Assembly (NCBI GenBank): GCA_024653825.1 | Contig: JANLHF010000039.1 | Coordinates: 6,945 to 70,944 of the forward strand | Source: Patescibacteria group bacterium | GTDB taxonomy: Bacteria; Patescibacteriota; Minisyncoccia; Phycocordibacterales; Phycocordibacteraceae | Direction: 5' to 3' | DNA length: 64,000 bases | Shown here: positions 26,410-34,827 of the stretch, one piece after another | How positions within the stretch are numbered: the stretch's first letter is position 1 | How the letters are laid out: every line of letters begins with the position of its first letter | Notes under the pieces: generated by a model | The model's input: the letters and a program-made list of their open reading frames with translations, nothing else | What the model was told of the DNA's origin: nothing | Database searches by the model: none | Program-made: the position numbers and the translations under genes

Positions 26410-29400
26410 ATGAAAACGGCTTTGCGCGTTTCTTTGCCTGTATTTTTATCCATTCTCGCCTTCGGAGCCTCTGCTCCTCTCGCGTTTGCGGCAAACGAAC
26501 ATGTTGTGAATCTACAGATAGCTACCGTTCCGACACCGGATGCTGGGACCTCTGTAGCAGTTGACACGCCAATGGCTCTTGCGGTTCAGGCCTTTGACAG
26601 CGAAGGCGCTGCAACTAGCACAGATGGCACACTGGTGGTTGCTTTAACTGATGGGAACAACAACGGCGTGTTTACCACCGGTTCGACCGAAGGAGTCTGT
26701 AATGTAGATGTTTGGAACAACGCGACCAACGGGATAGTCACAAGTAAAACTCGAAAAGGCTTCTGCTACAAAAACTCCACCCCGGGCGCATATACGCTAA
26801 CCGCCACTGCGGGAGCACTCAGCACGACGTTTAACGTGACCGTTACCGGCGCAACAATCGTTGGTGGCAATACCTACCCCACAATTCAGGCGGCGATTAA
26901 CGCCGCTTCAACTACGGCACCAGACACAATTAACGTCGTGGCGGGGACGTATAACGAAAATCTAAATATAGATAGACCAGTAACACTCCAATCCGTTTCT
27001 GGTGCCGGTGCTACGACTATCTCAGGCGCAACAGGTATTGTGGTCACCATAAGCTCCAGTGATGTAACCGTGACTGGATTCACCATTACTAATGGAGGTG
27101 TACATGGTATAGGTATCTATTCTGCGGACAAAAGCAATCTGACAATCACGGACAACATCATTACAGGGATAGGTAATAGCAGTGCTGACGTGATGGGAAG
27201 AGGAGTTGTCATTGTCTCTTCGGCAAGTTCAATAGACGGCATAACTATCTCCAATAACCAGATAAACAACATCACTTCCGGCATGCGCACCGGTTCTGCC
27301 AGTGTCAGTGCATCCGGCGTCTCCGTCGGGTGGAGCACGGGAACGGAAGATATTACGAACCTTGTACTGGACGGGAATACCATATCCAACATTAGCGCGG
27401 ACACAAGTCCGTGGAACAGTCCAGGAACAAAAGGTCAGGGCGCTAACGGTATCATCATCAACCACGCCAGTGGCAAAAGTGGTAATACCGGTCGCACGGT
27501 TGCTCCTCAGATTACAAACAACAGCATCAGCAATCTAAGTGGGCTCTGGTCACACGCTATCGGTCTTGAAGGCAATACACCCGATACAGTCTTGAGCAAC
27601 AACACCATCAGCAACCTCTCCAGCACGAAAACACCGAGCGATGCCTTCGCAATCTTCTTTGAAGACAATGCGGGCAAGACCACGGTCTCAATTGACGGCG
27701 TTACTTACGACGCAACCACGACCGTTGCCGTTAATGCCGCATGGAACGGTTTGGGAGGTAATCCGCTCGTGTCGCTTAATGGCGAGTCGTACATCTTTGA
27801 TGTAAATGCATTCTCTACCATTCAAGAAGGCATTAATGCGGTCGCAGTAGGAGGTACGGTAAATGTTGTGGCAGGAACGTATGCCACGACAGGACAGGTT
27901 CTTATCGATAAGAATCTGAACATTGTTGGTGATGCTGCAAACAAGCCGACGATTAGTCCGGCGGCTGATTTCACTGCGACCAATAACGTCGCCGGGGCGT
28001 GGTTCTTGGTCAATGCGGGCGCGACATTCAACTTGAGCAACGTCGTTCTTGATGGCAATGGCAAGAAGTTACAGCAAGGTGTTCGATCACACGGCACGAC
28101 GTCAATTACTAACGTCGATTTCGCTAACATCATCAACAGCACGAGTCCGTATGTCGGGTTTGCAATCGCAAACTTTGGGGGAATGGTTCCCGGTGGAGCT
28201 GGGTCAGATACTCACAGCGCTGGCGGTGCGGCCAGTACGCTAACGGTGACGAACAGCACGTTTACTAACATCGGGCGCGTAGGAGTATTGACCAAGGGCA
28301 CTGGTTCGACCGTTACACTTACCGGGAATACCTACACAGGGAAAGGTGACGGCACATTCCTCGATTATGCTTTTGAGTTTGGTGCCGGAGGGTCTGGTAC
28401 TGCTAGTGGCAACACTATTAGCGACAACCGCGGTGTTGCTAGTGACACCTCAACCTCAGCCGGGATCTTGGTAACTGATTATTACGGAACAGGAACTTCA
28501 GCAACTATTGAGAACAACACGATAACCAACAATACAGATGGCATCGCGATTGGTTATGATGAGGCGGATAACAGCGTTGTCGTTGTTCATAGCAATGCAT
28601 TCGGCGGTAATGTGAATGCGATAAACACCACCCACCCGACTGTGAATGCCATCAACAACTGGTGGGGCAACTCGTCCGGTCCGACCGTTGCGTCTAATCC
28701 AACTGGAACGGGAGACACAATCGTTGAAGCAACACCAGGTACGGTCTCGTTCTTCCCGTGGTACATCAATCCGGGTATGACGATCCTCTCCGATGCAGTC
28801 AGTGACACTGGTGCGATAGATTCCTCCACGGACAACTTCGATGTGGCGGGTACGAATTCTGGGACGGCTGATATTCCGTCTGGAGTTACGAACATCACGC
28901 TAGGAGATAACACCGCACTCGACCTTTCAACCGGATTGAGCGGGGATACGGTTACGCTAAATTCCGGCACCACCGGCGAACCAGTTGTGTTGGCTAACTC
29001 AAACTCGAATGTCGCTGGTATCAGCGCAAGTATTCCTGACGGGACGACAATTACTGGTCCATCGGGATGGGACGGCAAAATAGCGCCTCCGGTCTCTGAT
29101 ACATCGGGCGGGGGAAGCACTCCGGCCGGGTTTAGTGTCGGCGGTACGGTTATCTCAATCGGTTCATCTGCCGGAACACTGACCTTCGATAAGGCGGTGA
29201 AAATTGTCCTGGCTGGTGTTACTGGGACAGTTGCTTACAAACCGGCCCTTTCTAACGACTGGACAACCATAACAACTCAATGTGCCGGTGCGGATGATCC
29301 AAGCAATATTTCTTCGGGCGAGTGTTACTTCACCGATGGGGCGAACACGAATATCTGGACTTATCACTTCACCGAGTTCGGCGGGATGACGCCGACGGCA

Positions 29401-30180
29401 CCGGTCATTACTCCGAGCGGTACGACCTTCCAGGGTTCAATTGATGTGGGGATTGGCCCGACGGTAGATGGTACGACCATTCGCTACACGACGAGTGGCG
29501 ACACTAGCGGTTCCGGTTCCACACCGACCTGCAGTTCCACAGAATACACCGGCGCTCTTACCTTCCACAGCCCGACCGTATTAAATGCGGTGCGTTGTGA
29601 TGGATCAAATAACGTCTCTCCAGTATCCACAGCAACGTTTATCCTCGTTGGTTCTGGTGGCGGTGGAGGTGGAGGTGGTGGAGGTGGTGGAGGTGGCAAC
29701 GTACCTGTTGTCCCAGCAACTCCCGCAACGCCTGCAACTCCGACCGTGACGTCAGCTACTCCCGCAACGCCTGCAACACCGGTGCAAGGACGTGTGCTCG
29801 GTGCAGCGACTTTCAACTTCGCCAACGACCTCCAGATGAACTCCTCGGGAACGGATGTGACCGAACTCCAGAAGAGTCTCATCGCCGAAGGGTTTGATAT
29901 CCCGGCAATAACGAAGGGAGGAGTGAACTACGGCTACTTCGGTGGCCAGACGCGCTCGGCAGTCGTTGCCTTCCAGAAGGCGCGCGGCATCTCGCCGGCG
30001 GTCGGCTACTTCGGCCCGCTCACGCGCGGTGAGCTCAACAAGGGCAGGGTGGTGTCGGCTGTAGCAGGAGGGAATACAAACCTCACGACCGAACAGGCAA
30101 ATGCGATACTCTCGATAATCGAGTCCTTCGGGGCCGATGCATCGGTTGTCGCAAACGTCAGAGCTTCTCTCGGTCTCTAA
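26410..30180 (+). CDS. Large secreted/cell-surface protein with right-handed beta-helix repeats, a poly-Gly and PATP-repeat linker, and a C-terminal peptidoglycan-binding domain
   Basis: It has a signal peptide (MKTALRVSLPVFLSILAFGASAPLAFA) and many NNxISN/ITNN beta-helix repeats. A G15 tract and PATPATP repeats are followed by a PG_binding_1-like C-terminus (YFGGQTRSAVVAFQKARGI). Confidence 0.8.
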   Translation: MKTALRVSLPVFLSILAFGASAPLAFAANEHVVNLQIATVPTPDAGTSVAVDTPMALAVQAFDSEGAATSTDGTLVVALTDGNNNGVFTTGSTEGVCNVDVWNNATNGIVTSKTRKGFCYKNSTPGAYTLTATAGALSTTFNVTVTGATIVGGNTYPTIQAAINAASTTAPDTINVVAGTYNENLNIDRPVTLQSVSGAGATTISGATGIVVTISSSDVTVTGFTITNGGVHGIGIYSADKSNLTITDNIITGIGNSSADVMGRGVVIVSSASSIDGITISNNQINNITSGMRTGSASVSASGVSVGWSTGTEDITNLVLDGNTISNISADTSPWNSPGTKGQGANGIIINHASGKSGNTGRTVAPQITNNSISNLSGLWSHAIGLEGNTPDTVLSNNTISNLSSTKTPSDAFAIFFEDNAGKTTVSIDGVTYDATTTVAVNAAWNGLGGNPLVSLNGESYIFDVNAFSTIQEGINAVAVGGTVNVVAGTYATTGQVLIDKNLNIVGDAANKPTISPAADFTATNNVAGAWFLVNAGATFNLSNVVLDGNGKKLQQGVRSHGTTSITNVDFANIINSTSPYVGFAIANFGGMVPGGAGSDTHSAGGAASTLTVTNSTFTNIGRVGVLTKGTGSTVTLTGNTYTGKGDGTFLDYAFEFGAGGSGTASGNTISDNRGVASDTSTSAGILVTDYYGTGTSATIENNTITNNTDGIAIGYDEADNSVVVVHSNAFGGNVNAINTTHPTVNAINNWWGNSSGPTVASNPTGTGDTIVEATPGTVSFFPWYINPGMTILSDAVSDTGAIDSSTDNFDVAGTNSGTADIPSGVTNITLGDNTALDLSTGLSGDTVTLNSGTTGEPVVLANSNSNVAGISASIPDGTTITGPSGWDGKIAPPVSDTSGGGSTPAGFSVGGTVISIGSSAGTLTFDKAVKIVLAGVTGTVAYKPALSNDWTTITTQCAGADDPSNISSGECYFTDGANTNIWTYHFTEFGGMTPTAPVITPSGTTFQGSIDVGIGPTVDGTTIRYTTSGDTSGSGSTPTCSSTEYTGALTFHSPTVLNAVRCDGSNNVSPVSTATFILVGSGGGGGGGGGGGGGGNVPVVPATPATPATPTVTSATPATPATPVQGRVLGAATFNFANDLQMNSSGTDVTELQKSLIAEGFDIPAITKGGVNYGYFGGQTRSAVVAFQKARGISPAVGYFGPLTRGELNKGRVVSAVAGGNTNLTTEQANAILSIIESFGADASVVANVRASLGL
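29656..29697 (+). repeat. Simple sequence repeat (GGT/GGA/GGC)n encoding poly-Gly
   Basis: This is a GGTGGCGGTGGAGGTGGAGGTGGTGGAGGTGGTGGAGGTGGC run inside the surface-protein gene. Confidence 0.8.
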
Positions 30181-30213
30181 TTCCACACTTCCGGAAGGTC
30201 AAACCTTCCGCAA

Positions 30214-30251
30214 ACACACAACCCCGCCTGTGGCGGGGTTGTGTGTTTTTA
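30214..30251 (+). terminator. Intrinsic terminator after the surface-protein gene
   Basis: A 15-bp stem (acacacaaccccgcc/ggcggggttgtgtgt) is followed by TTTTT. Confidence 0.65.
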
Positions 30252-30276
30252 TGATTCGTTGTATCGTTATCGGCAC

Positions 30277-31251
30277 ATGAAGAAGCCGCTTTTGCACCAT
30301 CTCCACGACTACTTCTTTCCGCACCCGCGCAACAACTATCGTCCGCATCTTTTCAGTGTCGTATCAGTTGCCGTGCTCGTATGTGCAGTCGTTATATTTG
30401 AAGCGGGGTATCTGGTGCAGACGAAGATTGTCTTCCTTAAGACCGACTTCCTCGCATCTGTTTTGCCGGGAGCGCTTGTCGTGCTTACCAACCAAGATCG
30501 CACGACGCTCGGCCTCGCCGGTGTTATTGAAGATCCCCTCCTGAATAAAGCGGCACAAGCAGCCGCAGAGGATATGGCCAACAAGGGCTATTTTGCTCAC
30601 GTATCGCCGGACGGGAAGGACCCGTGGTATTGGCTCAACCAAGTCGGCTACACTTATAGCTACGCAGGACAAAATCTGGCGGTAAATTTCACCGACTCGA
30701 CGAATGTTGAATCGGCATGGATGGAGTCACCGACGCACCGTGCAAACATTTTAAAACCACAATACACGCAGGTTGGCTTCGGTACGGCGAATGGTCTCTA
30801 TGAAGGGAAGGAGACGACCTTCGTTGTTGAGTTCTTTGCGACGCCGGCGTCGACTGTTGCTGAAAAGGTTGCTGTAGCGCCGGCGAAGTCAGCGCCACTT
30901 GAACAGGAGACCACAACAGCACCTGTTCGCGTTCTTGGCATTGAAACAAGTGGCGGAGTCGTAACCGTTGCTCCTGCCCCGACTGAACCGAACTGGTTCG
31001 TTCGTTTGCTTGCCTCACCGCTAAGTACCCTTGTGAGTGTGTTCACCGCCCTCCTCATCATCATCGCTGTGTCGTTTACGTTCGCTTTCTTTATGCGGGG
31101 GAAGATGCTTCATCCGCGCATCGCCATCAGTGGTGCTTTGTTACTCGTTTTCATTTCCGCTTTGATACTGGCAAGCGTAGCGTTCGCGGGTCCCACCCAA
31201 TTGTCTGTCAGTACTCAAACTGCGAGTATCGGCGGGGTGCTTTTGCCGTAA
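30277..31251 (+). CDS. CAP/SCP (cysteine-rich secretory protein, YkwD-like) domain protein with N- and C-terminal transmembrane segments
   Basis: The CAP motifs are GYFAHVSPDG...YAGQNLAV...AWMESPTHRANIL...VGFG. The start is an internal ATG at 30277. Confidence 0.7.
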   Translation: MKKPLLHHLHDYFFPHPRNNYRPHLFSVVSVAVLVCAVVIFEAGYLVQTKIVFLKTDFLASVLPGALVVLTNQDRTTLGLAGVIEDPLLNKAAQAAAEDMANKGYFAHVSPDGKDPWYWLNQVGYTYSYAGQNLAVNFTDSTNVESAWMESPTHRANILKPQYTQVGFGTANGLYEGKETTFVVEFFATPASTVAEKVAVAPAKSAPLEQETTTAPVRVLGIETSGGVVTVAPAPTEPNWFVRLLASPLSTLVSVFTALLIIIAVSFTFAFFMRGKMLHPRIAISGALLLVFISALILASVAFAGPTQLSVSTQTASIGGVLLP

Positions 31252-31258
31252 GGCAAGG

Positions 31259-31354
31259 CTAGCGCCCGATGGTGGATAGGGCGGGAAGGAACAGGGTGGC
31301 TACCATACCAATGGCGAGCAGGACGACTATGATGACGGCAAGGGCGCGTTTCAT
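31259..31354 (-). CDS. Possible 31-aa single-transmembrane peptide (MKRALAVIIVVLLAIGMVATLFLPALSTIGR)
   Basis: The small ORF lies 18 nt downstream of the FAD-oxidase stop. It is hydrophobic, with no clear SD. Confidence 0.2.
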   Translation of the reverse strand: MKRALAVIIVVLLAIGMVATLFLPALSTIGR

Positions 31355-31372
31355 CCTTCTACTATATCAAAA

Positions 31373-33076
31373 TTATGCCGAAGGTGCAGGGCGGATGAGG
31401 TCGTGCTTGATATCGGCAAACGTGCCGCCAACCTTCTTGCCGGGGTTGAAAATCCCTTGCGGGTCAAACATCTTTTTCGTTTTTTCAAAAAGTTCTATCA
31501 TTTCTGCACCGAAGAGCATCGGGAGATAGGGCGTGCGCACGATACCGTCATTGTGCTCGCCGGTCGTGGTGCCACCGGCCTCGATAACCATTTTATACAC
31601 CTTGGGCGCGAGGTCGAGAATGACTTGGCGATTCTCCTCCTTGGTGAGGTCCATCAGCGGAATGATGTGAATGTTACCGTCGCCAATGTGGCCCGCAACG
31701 GTATAAATCATATTGTCTTTGTATTCATCGAGAAGAGCATTCAGCTTCGGCAAGAATGTCGGATAACTTGAAGGCGGGACGACGAAGTCGTCGATGAAGG
31801 GCGAGGAGACGAGTCCGTGGAGATTCTTGCGCAAGAGGTTGAAGCTCTCGCGGCGCACTATCCAATACTTCTCTGACTCTTTTTCATTTTTTTCAATCTT
31901 CGTTTGTAAATGCAAGTCGGCCAAGGCCTCCTTGGCCGCCAGAGCTTTAGCGTCGGCGGCTTCGATAGTGTCTTCGGCAAATTCGGCCATTAATATCATC
32001 TTGGGCACACCGCCGGTCGCGACCATCGCCGCCTCGGGGATGAAGTCGATGCCGAGCCGCACCGCCTTTATAAGCCCCATTTGCGAGAGCATTTGGGGCA
32101 TAAACTTCACCGCGAGGGTGAAGGTGTGGTCGTCGTAGCTCTCAAACGATTCGGGCTTCTGGAGCAGAACGCGCCGGACAATCTCGGGAAGGATGTTGAG
32201 GTCGTAGAGGAAGCACACAAGCATCGCACGGTGCTCCTTGGGCTTCACCAACCCGAGCTTCGCCTGCGTCCAGAGCGCGAGCGTGCCTTGCGAGCCGCAG
32301 ACGAGCTTCGCAAGGTTGAAGCTGCCGGCGGTCGAATCTTTCACGCTCCAGAGCGCGTAGCCGGCAGAGTTTTTAGATACCTTCGGTCGGTGGCCTTCAA
32401 TGAGCCCGGCGTTCTCGGTGAGAAGCGCGTCCATCTCGCGATAAATCCCGCCTTCAAGCGTGTTCAACTTTTTCTTTTCTTCTAGTTCTGCGTATGACAG
32501 TGCCTTAAAGGTAGTTTGTGAGCCATCAGAGAGAACGACGTCGACTTCTTCGACATACTTTTCTGTCTTGCCGTACTTCAGTGTGCGCTCGCCGCCGGAA
32601 TTGTTTGCCACGATGCCGCCCATCGCGGCTATCTCGCGCGAGGCGGGGTAGGAGGGGAGTATTAAACCTTTTTCCAGTGTCGCCTTTTCAAAATCCCTAT
32701 AAAACACCCCTGGCTCCGTCACCGCGTACCCGTCAATTTCACTTGGGGGTCGGACCCCCAAGTCAGAAGTGACTTCGCCCATATGATTCATATGCTCGGT
32801 AAAAGAGACCACGACGCCGGTCGTGAGAGGGCCGCCCGACATGTCGGTACCGGCGGAGCGCGCCGCGAGCGAAATTTCAGTACCTCGACTTCGCTCGGCA
32901 CCTACGACGCGAACGAGTTCGGAAACATCGTTCGCGTCTACGGGATACACCACCAGCTCCGGCATCCGCGTAAACAGGGACGTGTCGCGACTAAGCTTCG
33001 CAAGCGTCGCGCCGTCATCACTCACCTCGCCCTTCATCACCCCCTTCAGCGCATTTTTCAAATCTTCTGTGGTCAT
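31373..33076 (-). CDS. FAD-linked oxidase (GlcD/D-lactate dehydrogenase family)
   Basis: It has the FAD_binding_4 N-domain (RSAGTDMSGGPLT) and a C-terminal GGTTTGEHNDGIVR region. The start is an internal ATG at 33076. An in-frame E1 palindrome encodes TSDLGVRPPSE. Confidence 0.8.
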   Translation of the reverse strand: MTTEDLKNALKGVMKGEVSDDGATLAKLSRDTSLFTRMPELVVYPVDANDVSELVRVVGAERSRGTEISLAARSAGTDMSGGPLTTGVVVSFTEHMNHMGEVTSDLGVRPPSEIDGYAVTEPGVFYRDFEKATLEKGLILPSYPASREIAAMGGIVANNSGGERTLKYGKTEKYVEEVDVVLSDGSQTTFKALSYAELEEKKKLNTLEGGIYREMDALLTENAGLIEGHRPKVSKNSAGYALWSVKDSTAGSFNLAKLVCGSQGTLALWTQAKLGLVKPKEHRAMLVCFLYDLNILPEIVRRVLLQKPESFESYDDHTFTLAVKFMPQMLSQMGLIKAVRLGIDFIPEAAMVATGGVPKMILMAEFAEDTIEAADAKALAAKEALADLHLQTKIEKNEKESEKYWIVRRESFNLLRKNLHGLVSSPFIDDFVVPPSSYPTFLPKLNALLDEYKDNMIYTVAGHIGDGNIHIIPLMDLTKEENRQVILDLAPKVYKMVIEAGGTTTGEHNDGIVRTPYLPMLFGAEMIELFEKTKKMFDPQGIFNPGKKVGGTFADIKHDLIRPAPSA

Positions 33077-33352
33077 ATGAGAACAGTATATACTAGGGGG
33101 ATGGAATGGTTCGAGTCCCGGTTCTGAGTCAATCAAGGCAACTAAAAGGCGAATTCTCGAAAAAGTACCATCAGCCAGTTTTAAGGTTGTAGACCAAGGA
33201 TTCACTGGTTTCATGGCGAGTCAGGCTCGTGACGATTTCTTTAAGTAATGAGTCTTTTTTGAGCAGTAATAAGATTCCAACACCGCCTCGCACAGCCAGC
33301 AGGCACCTTTCTTCCAACCCTCCCGAGTCCCGCTGCTCAAACGGAATTGAAA

Positions 33353-33379
33353 GTGCCCCACTACGAAGTAGCGGGGCAC
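33353..33379 (-). terminator. Intrinsic terminator after the HAD gene
   Basis: A gtgccccgctac/gtagtggggcac hairpin is followed by a moderate U-tract on the minus strand. Confidence 0.4.
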
Positions 33380-33392
33380 GGATTCTTGGATT

Positions 33393-34055
33393 TTATCCCA
33401 TCGAGTTAATCCAGTCGGGAAGATCTTTGATTGACGGAATGACGTGGTTCTCGGGCACCGGATGCGTCTTATCGTGCCCGTTGCGGTAGGGACCGGTCTC
33501 TACGATGACCGTCCTGATACCCGCATTCCGCCCTGCCTCAATATCGACAAAGGTATCGCCGACGAAGAGGCACTCCTCTCGGCGCACATTCTGCCGAGTG
33601 AGCATTTGCAGAGTGCCGGTAAAGGCGCGCCCATCGGGCTTACTGTAGGCTGAATCTTCGCGCGCGGTGATACGCGCGAAATAGTTCTGCAGCCCTTCGC
33701 GCGCGAGGATTGACATCACCGACTCGCGGTGGCGCGAGGTAAGGATACAGACCGTGAGACATTGTTCACGGAACCAGCCGAGTGTCTCCCGAACGCCCTT
33801 GACGAGGGGGATGGGATTTTCGTTGTCCAATTCCTCCCATTCTTGATACATGCGTTTTGCGCGTTCACGCTCAACGCCGAACGCATTCTGCAGGAACTCG
33901 ATGCCGGTATGGCCCCAGGTTTCCTCCATCTTCTGCCGTATCTCAGGCGTGATGGAGAGGCCGTTTCGTTTGGCGAGCCAATCCAGATGTTTGAAGGCAT
34001 CCTGGTATGAATCAAGGATCGTCCCGTCGAAATCGACGATAATTGCTTGGTACAT
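33393..34055 (-). CDS. HAD-superfamily hydrolase (phosphoglycolate phosphatase-like)
   Basis: HAD motif I is present at the N-terminus (MYQAIIVDFDGTILDS). Confidence 0.75.
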   Translation of the reverse strand: MYQAIIVDFDGTILDSYQDAFKHLDWLAKRNGLSITPEIRQKMEETWGHTGIEFLQNAFGVERERAKRMYQEWEELDNENPIPLVKGVRETLGWFREQCLTVCILTSRHRESVMSILAREGLQNYFARITAREDSAYSKPDGRAFTGTLQMLTRQNVRREECLFVGDTFVDIEAGRNAGIRTVIVETGPYRNGHDKTHPVPENHVIPSIKDLPDWINSMG

Positions 34056-34302
34056 GACAATGTCCTCCCAAAGAAAATCTGTCCAGGGTCATAGTAGAGA
34101 ATCGGATGCAACAAGTCAAAGTGAAGAACAGCCGAAAGACACCTTTCTTCCCACCCTCCAGGGCACGAGTAATTCTTTGAACGGCTCAGACCGTCTGAGG
34201 CGTTTGGCGCCATTATGATACTCTTGCAAAAAATTGGGACTTTGGTACTATCTTAAACGGCTGCATTTTTGGCCGCACTTCAACCAAAGAAGGAGAAGTC
34301 TA

Positions 34303-34746
34303 GTGAAAACCACAAGCCGTTTGAGAGTGTTGATCGCCGCCGCTGTCCTTTCAATTTCATCCGCAAGCATCGCCTTCGCCGCCGCTGACACGCTGACGCC
34401 GCCTGACCAAATCGCAGTCACGGGCATGGCCACCGGCATTGAGCAGCAAGCACCCAACCTGGTCCTGGCCACCGACGCCACTGAAGCGCCCATGCTGGTC
34501 GCTGCCGCCGGCACGAACGAGTCGTACCAGATCCAGCTCGCCGCGGCGCCCACAGGCGTCAGTTCCGCTGGCTCGTCAGCGTCCGGACCGTCTCTGGCGC
34601 AGAAAGTCGGCTGGGGCCTCGTCGGCGCGACCGCGGTGAATCTCGCCACTGGCAACGTCGTCGGCATGGCCTGGACCTGGCACGCGGTTTTGACCGGCGC
34701 CGGTGGGTACGTCGGTGCTACAACCGTCGCCGACAAGATGAAGTAA
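34303..34746 (+). CDS. Small secreted Ala/Thr/Gly-rich protein
   Basis: An AAGGAG SD lies 7 nt before a GTG start. The product has a signal peptide (LRVLIAAAVLSISSASIAFAA). Confidence 0.45.
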   Translation: MKTTSRLRVLIAAAVLSISSASIAFAAADTLTPPDQIAVTGMATGIEQQAPNLVLATDATEAPMLVAAAGTNESYQIQLAAAPTGVSSAGSSASGPSLAQKVGWGLVGATAVNLATGNVVGMAWTWHAVLTGAGGYVGATTVADKMK

Positions 34747-34827
34747 GCTGCCGCGGGCACGTGAACAAAGCCGGAGGATTCGTCCTCCGGTTTTTCTTTT
34801 TGACTCCCATACTGTTAGAGTGTCTGC

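Noticed and set aside
33091-33125. A tRNA-like T-loop sequence (GGTTCGAGTCCCGG) near the 5' end of the FAD oxidase ORF.
   Set aside because: No 5-bp T-stem, acceptor stem or D-arm can be drawn on either strand. The sequence lies in the coding or leader region of the oxidase gene.
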